Shown piece by piece: positions 1 through 10,882 of a DNA stretch of 64,000 nt. Source of the DNA: an uncultured bacterium (GTDB lineage Bacteria; Krumholzibacteriota; Krumholzibacteriia; Krumholzibacteriales; Krumholzibacteriaceae). A program made the position numbers and the translations under genes. The notes beneath the pieces were generated by a model that was not told the DNA's origin, did not search any database, and saw only the letters and a program-made list of their open reading frames with translations. The number at the start of each line of letters is the position of its first letter. The first letter of the stretch is position 1. The DNA lies in contig CAWBAN010000001.1 in the NCBI GenBank assembly GCA_963786935.1, positions 192,001-256,000 on the forward strand. The letters run 5' to 3'.

Positions 1-2
1 GA

Positions 3-1796
3 ATCGAAAGCTACCTGGCCGCCTATGGCCGCGGATCGGGACGCTGGTGGGGGCTCACGAAGCGCGCGCAGTACCTCTCGGAGCGCGCGGCGCAGGGGGA
101 TACGGTCGCCGCGAACGCGGCGCTCGCCGCGGCGAACGAGGTGCTCGCCTCGAGCGCCCCGGCCGGCGAGAAGACGGAAGCGATGCTCGTCGGCGCCTCG
201 CTCATGCGGGCGAAGGGCAATCACGCAGGCGCCGCGCGGGGCTACGAGGCGTTCATCGCGGCGCACCCCGACGATCCGCGGGTCACGGGCGCCCTCTACG
301 AGCTCGGCGAAGCGCTGCTCGCGGCGAAGGATTACGCCGGCGCCGCCGCCGCGTACGACCGGTGCGTCGCCCGGGCGCCGGGCAGGGCGATCGCGGAAAA
401 ATGCGTGATCAGGAAAGGCGACTGTCTCTACAACCGCGGCTCGTTCGCGGAGGCCGCGGACGTGTACGCGGGATTCGCCGCGGCGTATCCGTCGAGCGAG
501 CTCGCCGGCGAGGCGATGTACCGCGAGGCGCTCGCGCGCGAGAAGACGGGGGATACGAGGCGGGCGAACGAGCTGTTCGAGGCGCTCCTGGCGAAGGAAG
601 GAGTCTCGCGCGCGGCCCGGATGCGCACGCTCGCGTGGCTCGGCGGGCGGTACCTCGAGAACCGGCAGTACGACCAGGCGCGGCCGCTGCTCGTCGAGCT
701 CGCCGCCGGGGAGCGCACCGCGGCGAATCTGACGATGGCCGGCGAGGCGGAGCTCGGCGCCGGCGACTACAACGGCGCCGTGAAGAGCTTCACCGACGCG
801 CTCGGGATCCGGGGCGCCGACACCTGCCGCGCCGTCGCGGGCAGGGCAAAGGCATACATGCGGCTCAAGCAGACCGACGCATACGAACGCGATACGGCCG
901 CGCTCGCCTCCCGCTGCTCGTCGTGGAAGGGGCTCGGGGGCGTTCTCCTCGAGAAGGGGAAAATCGAGGCCGAAGAGGATCGCTGCCCGGAGGCGTCGCG
1001 GACCCTCGACGAGCTCCAGAAGAGATTCGCGGGCACGGAGGAGGGGTCCGAAGCGCTCTTCTACCTCGCGCTCTGCGACCTGAAGCGCGGGGGATACCGC
1101 GAGGCCGCCGAGAAGCTCGAATCGTTCGTCGCCTCCGCGCCGCGGTCGGCCATTCTCCCGCAGGCGTATTTCAAGCTCGCCTCCTCGCACTACGGGGCGG
1201 GGAACCTCAACCTCGCGGCGAAGTACTACGCGCTCGCCGCGGAGTCGTCGAAGGAGAGCGAGCTCGCGTTCACGGCGTGGAAGAATCTCGGCAGCGTCCA
1301 GCAGCAGCTCGAGCAGTGGAACGACGCCGCGGCGACGTGGCAGAAGCTCGTCGAGACCTTCCCCGAGCGGGACGGGATCGTCGAGGTCCTCTTCGATCTC
1401 GGATTCTGCTACAACCAGGCGGGGAAGAACGAGCTCGCCTACGACGTGTACTCCCGGATTCCGGACGTCTCGACGAGCGAGGAGCAGCAGGGGCGCGCCC
1501 ATTACTGGGCCGGGATGAGCCTCAAGAACATGGGACGCTACGACGACGCGATCCGCGAGTTTCTCCGGGTGCCCTACCTCAAGACGGGCGGCATGTGGGG
1601 CGTGACGTCGAAGCTCGAGGCCGCCGCGTGCTGCGAGGCCAAGGGGGATCTCGCGCAGGCGAAGACGATCTACGAGAGCGTGCTCGCCGCGCACGGCCCC
1701 GCCTCGGACTGGGGACGCGTCTCCGCGGACGGGCTCAAGCGCATCGCGGAGCGGGAAGCGGCGGGGGCCGGAAAGACGCAGGACAGGAAAGAGTAG
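3..1796 (+). CDS. Tetratricopeptide-repeat protein (CpoB/BamD-like repeats), 5'-truncated by the window edge
   Basis: Frame is open from position 3 with no stop before the called GTG at 141. Many TPR-like units (e.g. [66 protein letters not shown]). Confidence 0.8.
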   Translation: MESYLAAYGRGSGRWWGLTKRAQYLSERAAQGDTVAANAALAAANEVLASSAPAGEKTEAMLVGASLMRAKGNHAGAARGYEAFIAAHPDDPRVTGALYELGEALLAAKDYAGAAAAYDRCVARAPGRAIAEKCVIRKGDCLYNRGSFAEAADVYAGFAAAYPSSELAGEAMYREALAREKTGDTRRANELFEALLAKEGVSRAARMRTLAWLGGRYLENRQYDQARPLLVELAAGERTAANLTMAGEAELGAGDYNGAVKSFTDALGIRGADTCRAVAGRAKAYMRLKQTDAYERDTAALASRCSSWKGLGGVLLEKGKIEAEEDRCPEASRTLDELQKRFAGTEEGSEALFYLALCDLKRGGYREAAEKLESFVASAPRSAILPQAYFKLASSHYGAGNLNLAAKYYALAAESSKESELAFTAWKNLGSVQQQLEQWNDAAATWQKLVETFPERDGIVEVLFDLGFCYNQAGKNELAYDVYSRIPDVSTSEEQQGRAHYWAGMSLKNMGRYDDAIREFLRVPYLKTGGMWGVTSKLEAAACCEAKGDLAQAKTIYESVLAAHGPASDWGRVSADGLKRIAEREAAGAGKTQDRKE

Positions 1797-1803
1797 GAGC
1801 GGG

Positions 1804-4626
1804 ATGGCTCGCGAGAATCTGGTCGTGCGCGGCGCGCGCGAGCACAACCTCAAGAACATCACCGTCACGATCCCGCGGAACAGGTTCGTCGTCATCACGG
1901 GATTGAGCGGCTCGGGCAAATCATCGCTCGCCTTCGACACGATCTACGCCGAGGGGCAGCGTCGCTACGTCGAGTCGCTGTCGAGCTACGCGCGGCAGTT
2001 CCTCGAGCAGATGGAGAAGCCCGACGTCGACAGCATCGAGGGGCTCTCCCCGGCGATCTCGATCGACCAGAAGACGTCCTCGCGGAATCCGCGGTCGACG
2101 GTCGGCACGATCACCGAAATACACGACTACCTCCGCGTGCTCTTCGCGCGCGCCGGCGAGCCCCGGTGCCCCGGCTGCGGCCGGCCCATCGCGCGCCAGA
2201 CGGTCGCGCAGATCGTCGACCGGCTGCGGGGGGCGGCGGACGGGACGAGGCTCGAGATCCTGGCGCCGGTCGTGCGGGGGCGCAAGGGGGAGCACCGCGC
2301 GCTGCTGGCGAAGCTCATGCGCGAAGGATTCACCCGCGTGCGCGTCGACGGCGCGGTCCGCGAGCTCGAGCAGGGGCTCGCGCTCGAAAAGACGAAGAAA
2401 CACACGGTCGAGGTCATCGTCGACCGGCTCAAGGTGAAGGCGGGCGTCGAGCGGCGGCTCGCCGATTCGGTCGAGACGGCCTCCGCGGTCGGCGGCGGCG
2501 TCGTGCTCGTGCTACGCGACGGCGAGGAGTCGCTCTTCAGCCTCGAGTACTCCTGCCCGTACTGCGGGAGGAGCCTCGGCGAGGTCAGCCCGCGCATGTT
2601 TTCCTTCAACTCGCCGTACGGCGCCTGCGAGCTCTGTCACGGTCTCGGCACGCAGATCGATTTCGCGCGCGAGCTCGTCGTCCCCGATCCGTCGCTCGGC
2701 ATCGCCGGCGGCGCGCTCGCGCCGGTCGGCCCGCTCAAGGGAAACTGGTTCCGGTACCGTCTCGAAGCGCTCGCCGAGAAATTCGGCTTCTCGCTCGAGG
2801 CGCCCTTCGGATCGCTCCCGCAGCGGACGCAGACGATCGTCCTCGACGGAAGCGACGAGGAGATCGTGGTCCGGTACGACTTCGAGCGGGGGCGGGGGGA
2901 GTACGTCACCGCGTGGGAGGGAGTCGTTCCGAACCTGCGCCGCCGGTACCATCAGACGAAATCTGAGGCGATCCGCCGCTGGATCGAGACCTTCATGACG
3001 TCGCACCCGTGTCCGTCGTGCGGCGGCTCGCGGCTCAAGCCCGAGAGCCTTGCCGTGACGGTGGCGGGGAAGAACATCGCCGAGGTTTCGGCGATGACGA
3101 TCGAGCGCGCGATCGAGTTCTTCGCCGGCCTCGCTCTCGCGGGGAACAGCGCCGTCATCGGGGCGCCGCTCGTCAAGGAGATCTCGTCGCGGCTCAGCTT
3201 CCTCGCGAACGTCGGGCTCACGTACGTCACGCTCGACCGGTCGGCGGGAACGCTCGCGGGGGGGGAGGCGCAGCGGATACGGCTCGCCACGCAGATCGGC
3301 TCGAAGCTCGTCGGCGTGCTCTACATCCTCGACGAGCCGTCGATCGGGCTCCACCACCGGGACAACGCGCGGCTCATCGCGACGCTGAAGGATCTCCGGG
3401 ACGCGGGGAACACCGTCATCGTCATCGAGCACGACCGCGACACGATCCTGTCCTCGGACTACGTGATCGATCTCGGGCCGGGCGCGGGGGAGCGCGGCGG
3501 CGAGGTCGTCGTCGAGGGGACCCCGGCGGAAATCACGGAATCGCCGGCGAGCCTCACGGGGCGCTACCTCAAGGAGGAGAGCCGGTTCGTCCTCAAGAGC
3601 GGCGAGGGACGGGGAACGGGAGCGGCGATCGTCGTGCGCGGCGCCCGCGCGAACAACCTGAAGGACATCGACGTCTCGATCCCGCTCGGCAAGCTCGTCG
3701 TCGTGACCGGCGTGTCGGGATCGGGGAAGAGCACGCTCGTCAACGATATCCTCTACCGCGCGCTCGGGAGGCACTTCTACCGGACGCCGGAGCTCCCCGG
3801 CGCGCACGACCGCATCGAGGGATTCGATCGCATCGACAAGGTGATCGACATCGATCAGTCGCCGATCGGGCGCACGCCGCGCTCGAATCCCGCGACGTAC
3901 ACCGGCGTGTTCGGGCCGATCCGCGATCTCTTCACGCGGCTGCCCGACGCGCGGATGCGCGGCTACAAGCCGGGGCGCTTCAGCTTCAACGTGAAGGGCG
4001 GGCGCTGCGAGAACTGCCGCGGCGACGGCATGATCAAGGTCGAGATGCATTTTCTCCCCGACGTCTACGTGCACTGCCAGGAATGCAAGGGGAAGCGGTA
4101 CAACCGCGAGACGCTCGAGATCGCCTTCAAGAACCGGAACATCGCCGAGGTCCTCGACATGACGGTCGAGGAGGCGTGCGGGTTCTTCACGAATATCCCG
4201 CAGATCGCCCGCAAGCTCGAGGTGCTGCGGAGCGTCGGTCTCGGCTACATCCGCCTCGGGCAATCCGCGACGACCCTCTCGGGAGGAGAGGCGCAGCGCG
4301 TGAAGCTCGCCGCCGAGCTCTCGAAGGTCGGGACGGGGAAGACCCTCTACATCCTCGACGAGCCGAGCACGGGGCTCCACTTCGAGGATGTGAAGCTGCT
4401 CATGCGCGTCCTCGACGAGCTCGTCGAGCGCGGCAACACGGTGCTGATCATCGAGCACAATCCGGAGATCATCAGGCTTGCCGATCACATTATCGACCTC
4501 GGCCCCGAGGGAGGGGACCGCGGCGGCGAGGTCGTGTTCGCGGGGGCGCCCGCCGACATCGTCGGCTGCGCGCGGTCGCACACCGGGCGCATGCTCGCCG
4601 CGCTCGCCGCGCCGGGCCCCGCGTGA
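1804..4626 (+). CDS. uvrA: Excinuclease ABC subunit A
   Basis: [11 protein letters not shown]-terminus, two Walker A motifs ([16 protein letters not shown]), CxxC zinc fingers, LSGGEAQR signature; 940 aa. Confidence 0.98.
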   Translation: MARENLVVRGAREHNLKNITVTIPRNRFVVITGLSGSGKSSLAFDTIYAEGQRRYVESLSSYARQFLEQMEKPDVDSIEGLSPAISIDQKTSSRNPRSTVGTITEIHDYLRVLFARAGEPRCPGCGRPIARQTVAQIVDRLRGAADGTRLEILAPVVRGRKGEHRALLAKLMREGFTRVRVDGAVRELEQGLALEKTKKHTVEVIVDRLKVKAGVERRLADSVETASAVGGGVVLVLRDGEESLFSLEYSCPYCGRSLGEVSPRMFSFNSPYGACELCHGLGTQIDFARELVVPDPSLGIAGGALAPVGPLKGNWFRYRLEALAEKFGFSLEAPFGSLPQRTQTIVLDGSDEEIVVRYDFERGRGEYVTAWEGVVPNLRRRYHQTKSEAIRRWIETFMTSHPCPSCGGSRLKPESLAVTVAGKNIAEVSAMTIERAIEFFAGLALAGNSAVIGAPLVKEISSRLSFLANVGLTYVTLDRSAGTLAGGEAQRIRLATQIGSKLVGVLYILDEPSIGLHHRDNARLIATLKDLRDAGNTVIVIEHDRDTILSSDYVIDLGPGAGERGGEVVVEGTPAEITESPASLTGRYLKEESRFVLKSGEGRGTGAAIVVRGARANNLKDIDVSIPLGKLVVVTGVSGSGKSTLVNDILYRALGRHFYRTPELPGAHDRIEGFDRIDKVIDIDQSPIGRTPRSNPATYTGVFGPIRDLFTRLPDARMRGYKPGRFSFNVKGGRCENCRGDGMIKVEMHFLPDVYVHCQECKGKRYNRETLEIAFKNRNIAEVLDMTVEEACGFFTNIPQIARKLEVLRSVGLGYIRLGQSATTLSGGEAQRVKLAAELSKVGTGKTLYILDEPSTGLHFEDVKLLMRVLDELVERGNTVLIIEHNPEIIRLADHIIDLGPEGGDRGGEVVFAGAPADIVGCARSHTGRMLAALAAPGPA

Positions 4627-4720
4627 GGCGCCGGAGGCGCCGGCGAGAAAAAAGCTTTCAAAAGGCGCTCCGAAATGCTATGAAACGAGCCTGGGAACGA
4701 GGCATTGAAAGAGGGTGCAC

Positions 4721-5830
4721 ATGGAGAAGAAGACGCCGTTATACGACGCGCACGTCCGGGCGGGCGGCAGAATAGTTCCGTTCGCCGGATTCCTGATGCC
4801 CGTATCGTTCGAGGGGATCGTCGCCGAGCACGCGAGGGTTCGCACGGCGGTCGGCCTCTTCGACGTGAGCCACATGGGGGAGATATCGATCGCCGGTCCC
4901 GGCGCGGTCGCGTTCGCCGACCGCGTCGTGACGAACAGCGTGGCGAAGCTCGCCGCGGGACAGATCTGCTACACGGTCGCCTGCAACGAGCGGGGCACGG
5001 TGCTCGACGATCTCCTCGTCTACAAGTTTTCCGACGATCGGATACTCCTCGTCGTGAACGCGGTGAACGTGGACAAGATATTCCGGCACGTGAAGAGCCT
5101 CGAGGCGCCCGGCCTCGAGATCCGCGATCTCACCGCGGGCATCGGGCAGATCGCCGTCCAGGGGCCGCGCTCCCGCGAGCTCCTCATGCGGACGGAGTTC
5201 TGCGCGAGCGTGCGGGAGGCGATCGCCGACATGAAGTACTACCGGTTCATCTCGTACACGCTGCGGGGGGAAGAGATCATTCTCTCGCGCACGGGATACA
5301 CGGGGGAGCACGGCTACGAGATCTACCTGCCGGCGGGGAGCGCGAGCGGCGTGTGGGAGGAACTGCTGGCGGTCGGGAAGGATCTCGGCGTCGGGCCGAT
5401 CGGTCTCGGCGCGCGCGACACGCTGCGCTTCGAGCCGTGCCTGTGCCTCTACGGGCACGAGCTCGACGAGGAGACCTCGCCGCTCGAGGCGGGACTCTCG
5501 TGGCTCGTGAAATTCGGAAAGGATCATTTCCTCGGGCGGAGCGCCCTGCTCGCGGAGAAGGAGCGCGGTCCCGCGCGGAAGCTCATGGGCCTCGAGCTCT
5601 CCGGGAAGCAGATCGCGCGGCAGGGATTCTCCGTTCTCCAGAACGGAACGAAGATCGGGAAGGTGACCTCGGGCACGTTCGCGCCGACCCTCGGGAAGAG
5701 CCTCGCGCTGGCGCTCGTCTCGAGCGCGGCGAAGACCGAGCTCGGCGGATTCTCGATCGACGTGCGGGGCAAGGCCGCCGGGGCGGCGGCGACGGCGATA
5801 CCGTTTTACAAAAGTCGAGCGACGGACTGA
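4721..5830 (+). CDS. gcvT: Glycine cleavage system aminomethyltransferase T
   Basis: KTPLY, GLFDVSHMG, SRTGYTGEHGYEI and GLGARDTLR motifs. ATG 4721 follows GAGGG; alternative GTG at 4715. Confidence 0.96.
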   Translation: MEKKTPLYDAHVRAGGRIVPFAGFLMPVSFEGIVAEHARVRTAVGLFDVSHMGEISIAGPGAVAFADRVVTNSVAKLAAGQICYTVACNERGTVLDDLLVYKFSDDRILLVVNAVNVDKIFRHVKSLEAPGLEIRDLTAGIGQIAVQGPRSRELLMRTEFCASVREAIADMKYYRFISYTLRGEEIILSRTGYTGEHGYEIYLPAGSASGVWEELLAVGKDLGVGPIGLGARDTLRFEPCLCLYGHELDEETSPLEAGLSWLVKFGKDHFLGRSALLAEKERGPARKLMGLELSGKQIARQGFSVLQNGTKIGKVTSGTFAPTLGKSLALALVSSAAKTELGGFSIDVRGKAAGAAATAIPFYKSRATD

Positions 5831-5857
5831 GGCGGCCAGCTGAAAGGACGGTGGGCG

Positions 5858-6274
5858 ATGAACCCGGAAGAATGCAAATTCACCAAAGAGCACGAGTGGA
5901 TCTATATCGAGGACGGCGACACGGTGATCATGGGAATCAGCGACTACGCCGCGGGCGAGCTGGGCGACATCGTGTACATCGAGCTTCCCGAGGCGGGGCA
6001 GAAGGTCACGCAGATGGACCCCATCGGGACCATCGAAGCGGTGAAGACCGTCGCCGATCTCTATTCGCCCGTGAGCGGCGAGGTGCTCGAGGTCAACGAG
6101 AAGGCCGTCGCGAAGCCCGAGATCGTGAACAAAAGCCCCTACGACCAGGGCTGGTTCCTCAAGATCAGAATGGACGACCCCGGGGATCTCGAGGTGCTGT
6201 TCAGCTACGACGAGTACCGGGATTTCCTCGGTGAATCGGGTGCCGGAAAAGAGGACGAAGCAGAGGACAGGTAA
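5858..6274 (+). CDS. gcvH: Glycine cleavage system H protein
   Basis: HEW, GISDYA, LGDIVY, lipoyl-lysine motif IEAVKTV, NKSPY..GW. Confidence 0.97.
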   Translation: MNPEECKFTKEHEWIYIEDGDTVIMGISDYAAGELGDIVYIELPEAGQKVTQMDPIGTIEAVKTVADLYSPVSGEVLEVNEKAVAKPEIVNKSPYDQGWFLKIRMDDPGDLEVLFSYDEYRDFLGESGAGKEDEAEDR

Positions 6275-7630
6275 ATGAGCTACATTCAAAACACAGACGC
6301 CGATCGAAAGGAAATGCTCGAACGGATCGGGGTTTCGTCGTTCGACGAGATCCTCGCGCCGATCCCGGAGCGGCTCCGGTTCAAGGGAACGCTGCGGCTC
6401 GACGAACCGCTCGCCGAAGCGGAGGTGACCGCACATCTCGGCGCGCTCGCCGGCAAGAACCGCCCGGCCTCGCGGGCCGTGAGCTTCCTCGGGGGAGGGA
6501 TCTACGACCGCCACATCCCCGCGCTCGTGCGCTACGTGACCTCCCGCAGCGAGTTCTACACGTCCTACACGCCGTACCAGGCCGAGGTCAGCCAGGGGAC
6601 GCTCCAGGCGATCTACGAATATCAGAGCCTCATCTGCCGGGTCACGGGCATGGACGTATCGAACGCCTCCATGTACGACGGCGCGACCGCGCTCGCCGAG
6701 GCCGCCCTCATGGCGAGCGCCATCGCCCGCGGCGGCACGGTGCTCGTGCCCCGCGCGCTTTCCCCCGCCTACCGCGCCGTGCTCGATACCTACGCGGCCG
6801 CGCGGGAAATCCGGCTCGAGGAGATTCCGTATGCGAAGGACGGCCGCCTCGATCTCGACCGCGTTTCGTCCGCCCTCAAGGAAAAAACCGCCGCCGTCAT
6901 TCTCGCGCAGCCGAACTACTTCGGGCTCGTCGAGCCGGCGTCCGAGCTCTCCGCGCTCGCGCACGGCGCCGGCGCGCTCCTCATCGCCTGCGTCGATCCC
7001 GTCTCGTGCGCCGTTCTCGCGCCTCCGGGGGAGTACGGCGCCGACATCGCGGTCGGCGAGGGGCAGTCGCTCGGCCTTCCCCAGAGCTACGGCGGGCCGC
7101 TCCTCGGCTTCATGGCCGTGCGGTCCGAGCACGTGCGCCGCATGCCGGGCCGCCTCATCAGCGGAACGACCGATCTCGACGGAAAACGCGGCTACGTGAT
7201 GACGCTCCAGACCCGCGAGCAGCACATACGCCGCGAGAAGGCCACCTCGAACATCTGCTCGAACGAAGCGCTCTGCGCGCTCTCGGCCGCGGTGTATCTC
7301 ACCGCGCTCGGCGAGCAGGGGTTCCGGGAGGTCGCCGCGCAAAGCTACGCGAAGAGCCATGCGCTCTATTCGATGCTCGCCGCGACGAAGGGGTGCGAGT
7401 TCCCGTTCGGCGCCGGATTCTTCCAGGAGTTCGTGCTCAAGCTCCCGACGGGAGCGGGCGGATTCCTGAAGACGGCGCGCGCCGCCGGCGTACTCGGGGG
7501 AATTCCCCTCGGCGCCGCGTTCCCCGAGCTCGGTGAGCGGGCCGTCCTCGTCGCCGTTACGGAGAAACGCACGAAGGAGGAGCTCGAGCTCTATCGGGAC
7601 CTCGTCGCGGGAAAGGGGGTGGGACGATGA
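6275..7630 (+). CDS. gcvPA: Glycine dehydrogenase (decarboxylating) subunit 1
   Basis: EFYTSYTPYQAEVSQG, NASMYDG and TLQTREQHIRREKATSNIC motifs. Confidence 0.97.
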   Translation: MSYIQNTDADRKEMLERIGVSSFDEILAPIPERLRFKGTLRLDEPLAEAEVTAHLGALAGKNRPASRAVSFLGGGIYDRHIPALVRYVTSRSEFYTSYTPYQAEVSQGTLQAIYEYQSLICRVTGMDVSNASMYDGATALAEAALMASAIARGGTVLVPRALSPAYRAVLDTYAAAREIRLEEIPYAKDGRLDLDRVSSALKEKTAAVILAQPNYFGLVEPASELSALAHGAGALLIACVDPVSCAVLAPPGEYGADIAVGEGQSLGLPQSYGGPLLGFMAVRSEHVRRMPGRLISGTTDLDGKRGYVMTLQTREQHIRREKATSNICSNEALCALSAAVYLTALGEQGFREVAAQSYAKSHALYSMLAATKGCEFPFGAGFFQEFVLKLPTGAGGFLKTARAAGVLGGIPLGAAFPELGERAVLVAVTEKRTKEELELYRDLVAGKGVGR

Positions 7631-9066
7631 GCGCAACCGTATTCGAAAAATCGAAGCCCGGCCGCCGCGGGTACCGCATTCCCGAGCATCCGTGCGCCGC
7701 GAAGGCGATCGATCTCCCCGGCCTCCGGTCGGCGCCGCTCGGCCTTCCCGAGATGGGGGAGCAGGACATCGTCCGCCACTACATAGAGCTCGCCTCGAAA
7801 AACTACCACGTGGACAAGGGCATCTACCCGCTCGGGAGCTGCACGATGAAATATAATCCCCTCGTGAACGAGGAGGTCGCGCGGCTCGAGGGATTCGGGG
7901 GGCTGCACCCCGCCCAGGACGAGGCGGATTGCCAGGGCGCGCTCGAGCTGATGGCGCGCCTCGAACGCGCGCTCGCCGGGATCACCGGGATGGAAGCGTT
8001 CACCCTCCAGCCCGCCGCGGGGGCCCACGGGGAGCTCACCGGCATCATGATCGCGCGCGCGTACTTCGCCGACCGCGGCGAGAAGCGGAAGACCGTCCTC
8101 ATTCCGGATTCCGCCCACGGGACGAATCCGGCGAGCGTGGCCATCTGCGGATTCGCGCCGAAGACGATTCAATCGAACGACCGCGGGCTCATCGACCCGG
8201 CCGTGCTCGAGCGGGAGGTGACGGCCGATACGGCCGTGATCATGCTCACGCTCCCGAACACGCTCGGGCTCTTCGAGCCCGAGATCGCCGAGATCGTCCG
8301 CATCGCCCACGCCAAGGGCGCGCTCGTCTACATGGACGGCGCGAACATGAACGCGCTCCTCGGCATCGTGCGCCCGGGAGACGTCGGCATCGACATCATG
8401 CACCTCAATCTCCACAAGACCTTCTCGACGCCGCACGGCGGGGGCGGGCCGGGTTCCGGTCCCGTCGGGGTCGCGAAGCATCTCGTCCCGTTCCTCCCGG
8501 TGCCGCGCGTCGTGGAGCGCGGCGGCGCCTACGCCCTCTCCGCGGACGGGCCGAAATCGATCGGGCGGGTCCATCCCTACCACGGGAACTTCCTCGTGTT
8601 CGTGAAGGCGTACGCGTACGTCCGCTCGCTCGGCGGGCCGGGGCTCCGGGAGGTCTCGGAGAACGCGATCCTCAACGCGAATTACCTTCTCGCCCTGCTC
8701 AAGGGCTCGTACGATCTCAAGTATCCCGGGCCCTGCATGCACGAGTTCGTCCTCTCGGCGCGCAACCTCAAGAAGTTCGGCATCCGCGCGACGGACGTCG
8801 TGAAACGGCTCCTCGATCACGGGATCCACGCGCCGACGGTCTATTTCCCGCTCATCGTCGAGGAGGCGCTCATGATCGAGCCGGTCGAGACGGAGAGCAA
8901 GGAGACGATCGATCGTTTCGCCGAGGTGATGATAAAGATCGCCGGGGAGGCCGAGACGAGCCCCGAGACGCTGCACGAAGCGCCCGTCACGACGCCGGTG
9001 AGGCGTCTCGACGAGGCGGTGGCGGCGCGGTGCCCCGATCTCTGCTGCCCCGGGGATCTCGAATGA
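7627..9066 (+). CDS. gcvPB: Glycine dehydrogenase (decarboxylating) subunit 2
   Basis: PLGSCTMKYNP, SAHGTNPAS, and PLP-lysine motif HLNLHKTFSTPHGGGGPG. Confidence 0.97.
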   Translation: MSATVFEKSKPGRRGYRIPEHPCAAKAIDLPGLRSAPLGLPEMGEQDIVRHYIELASKNYHVDKGIYPLGSCTMKYNPLVNEEVARLEGFGGLHPAQDEADCQGALELMARLERALAGITGMEAFTLQPAAGAHGELTGIMIARAYFADRGEKRKTVLIPDSAHGTNPASVAICGFAPKTIQSNDRGLIDPAVLEREVTADTAVIMLTLPNTLGLFEPEIAEIVRIAHAKGALVYMDGANMNALLGIVRPGDVGIDIMHLNLHKTFSTPHGGGGPGSGPVGVAKHLVPFLPVPRVVERGGAYALSADGPKSIGRVHPYHGNFLVFVKAYAYVRSLGGPGLREVSENAILNANYLLALLKGSYDLKYPGPCMHEFVLSARNLKKFGIRATDVVKRLLDHGIHAPTVYFPLIVEEALMIEPVETESKETIDRFAEVMIKIAGEAETSPETLHEAPVTTPVRRLDEAVAARCPDLCCPGDLE

Positions 9067-9067
9067 G

Positions 9068-9877
9068 ATGGAAACGTGGCTGTTCCTCGATAGCGGGAGC
9101 GCGCCCGGAGCCGAGAACATGGCCCTGGACGAGCTGCTCCTCGACCGTGCCGAGCGTTCGGGGGGCGCGCCCGTGCTGCGGCTCTATTCGTTCGATCCGC
9201 CGGCGATCACCGTCGGCTTTCACCAGGATCCTGCCCTGATCCTCGACCTCGACGCGGTCCGCGCGGACGGGCTCGAGTGCGTCCGCCGGATCACCGGGGG
9301 CCGGGCGCTCCTCCACGAGAACGAGATCACGTACTGCGTCGTCGCCCCGGCGGGCTCGGCGCTCTTCGATGCGGGGCAGGCGGAGGCGTTCCGACGCATC
9401 TCCGGGGCGATCGCTTCGGCGCTGCGAGAGATCGGGGTGGCGGCCGGCGTTTCGCGGGGGCGCGAGCCGGTGGGGCCGAAAGGGGCCGCCGCGCCGTGCC
9501 TCTCCTCGGTGACGCGCCACGAGCTCGCCGTCGGGGGGAGGAAAATTGCGGGGAGCGCGCAGCGGCGGACCTCCGCCGCGTTCCTCCAGCACGGCTCGAT
9601 TCTCCTCGGGAGCGAAAGCGGGCGCATCGTGAAATATCTCGGGGCCTTGTCCGGCCCGCTCGACGGCCGGATCACGAGCGTATCCGGCGAGCTCGGCCGC
9701 CCGGCGGACCCGGAGGAGCTGCGCGCGCGCATCGCGGCCGCTTTTTCGCTGCTTTTCGCTTCTGCCGGCGAGCCGCTCCGCCTGACCGACCGGGACAGGG
9801 CGGAAATCGCCGAGCGCGCGCTCGCGAAGCGCCGGGAGTCGCTCGCGTGGATCGCCGGGGAGGTATGTCCCCGATGA
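9068..9877 (+). CDS. Lipoate-protein ligase A family / LipM-like octanoyltransferase
   Basis: NMALDE, RRITGGRALLH, KIAGSAQ and LQHGSI motifs; catalytic domain only; directly follows the gcv genes. Confidence 0.88.
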   Translation: METWLFLDSGSAPGAENMALDELLLDRAERSGGAPVLRLYSFDPPAITVGFHQDPALILDLDAVRADGLECVRRITGGRALLHENEITYCVVAPAGSALFDAGQAEAFRRISGAIASALREIGVAAGVSRGREPVGPKGAAAPCLSSVTRHELAVGGRKIAGSAQRRTSAAFLQHGSILLGSESGRIVKYLGALSGPLDGRITSVSGELGRPADPEELRARIAAAFSLLFASAGEPLRLTDRDRAEIAERALAKRRESLAWIAGEVCPR

Positions 9878-10854
9878 GAGGCTTTCTGGCGCGGCGCCTG
9901 ATCCAGTCTCTCGTGCTCCTCTTCATCGTGCTCACGATCACCTTCTTTCTCCTCCGGCTCGCGCCGGGGGATCCGATGTCGCGCTACGACAATCCCGATT
10001 TCAGCCCCGAGACGGTGCGCGGCATCCGGGAGAGCCTCGGACTCGACAAGCCGCTCGCCGAGCAGTACGTCCGGTGGATCGGGAGCTTCGCGCGGGGGGA
10101 TTTCGGCGTGAGCCTCCGCTACCGGCGGCCGGTGCGGGATCTCCTCGCCGAGGCGATTCCGAACACGCTGCGCCTCACCGTCGCCGCGCTCGCGCTCCAT
10201 CTCGTCCTCGGCATACTCCTCGGCGTGCTCTCCGCGGCGAAGCGGTACTCCCCGTTCGACCGGGCGAACACGCTCGCCGCGCTCTTCGTCTATTCGATTC
10301 CCTCGTTCTGGCTCGCCCTCATGCTCATTCTCGTGTTTTCCCTGAAGCTCGGGATCCTGCCGTCGTCCCACATGCAGTCGCTCGACGCCGAAGGCCTCTC
10401 GGCGTTCTCCCTCTTTCTCGATCGGGCGCGGCACCTCGTGCTGCCGGCCTTCGTCCTCGGCGTCGCCTCGGCGGCGAGCACGGCGCGGTACATGCGCGGC
10501 TCGATGCTCGACGCACTGCGCGAGGATTACATCAGGACGGCGCGCGCGAAGGGGCTGCCGGAATCCCGCGTCTTCTTCAAGCACGCGTTCAAGAACGCGG
10601 CGCTGCCCGTCGTGACGATCGTGGGGCTGAGCCTCCCGTTCCTCTTCGGGGGGGCGGTCGTCGTCGAAACGATATTCTCGTGGCCGGGCATGGGACGGCT
10701 CGCCGTCGACGCCATCTACGCCCGCGATTACCCGACGGTGCTCGCGATCAACTTCACGGTCGCGGCGATCGTCATTTTCGGCAATCTCCTGACCGACGTC
10801 GCGTACGGGCTCCTCGATCCGCGGATCGCCGTCGGCGGCGGGAGGAACGGATGA
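9874..10854 (+). CDS. oppB: Oligopeptide/dipeptide ABC transporter permease (OppB/DppB family)
   Basis: LAPGDP, GLDKPL, EDYIRTARAKGL and ETIFSWPGMG motifs. ATG 9874 overlaps the upstream stop (ATGA) and follows GGAGG. Confidence 0.9.
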   Translation: MRGFLARRLIQSLVLLFIVLTITFFLLRLAPGDPMSRYDNPDFSPETVRGIRESLGLDKPLAEQYVRWIGSFARGDFGVSLRYRRPVRDLLAEAIPNTLRLTVAALALHLVLGILLGVLSAAKRYSPFDRANTLAALFVYSIPSFWLALMLILVFSLKLGILPSSHMQSLDAEGLSAFSLFLDRARHLVLPAFVLGVASAASTARYMRGSMLDALREDYIRTARAKGLPESRVFFKHAFKNAALPVVTIVGLSLPFLFGGAVVVETIFSWPGMGRLAVDAIYARDYPTVLAINFTVAAIVIFGNLLTDVAYGLLDPRIAVGGGRNG

Positions 10855-10882
10855 TCGGCGCCCGCGCGCGCCGGAAGGCCGT

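Noticed and set aside
4627..4720. Possible glycine riboswitch before gcvT; also TGAAAC at 4681
   Set aside because: The gap is short with no aptamer motifs, and TGAAAC lacks a CGT-type -10 element at 16 nt.
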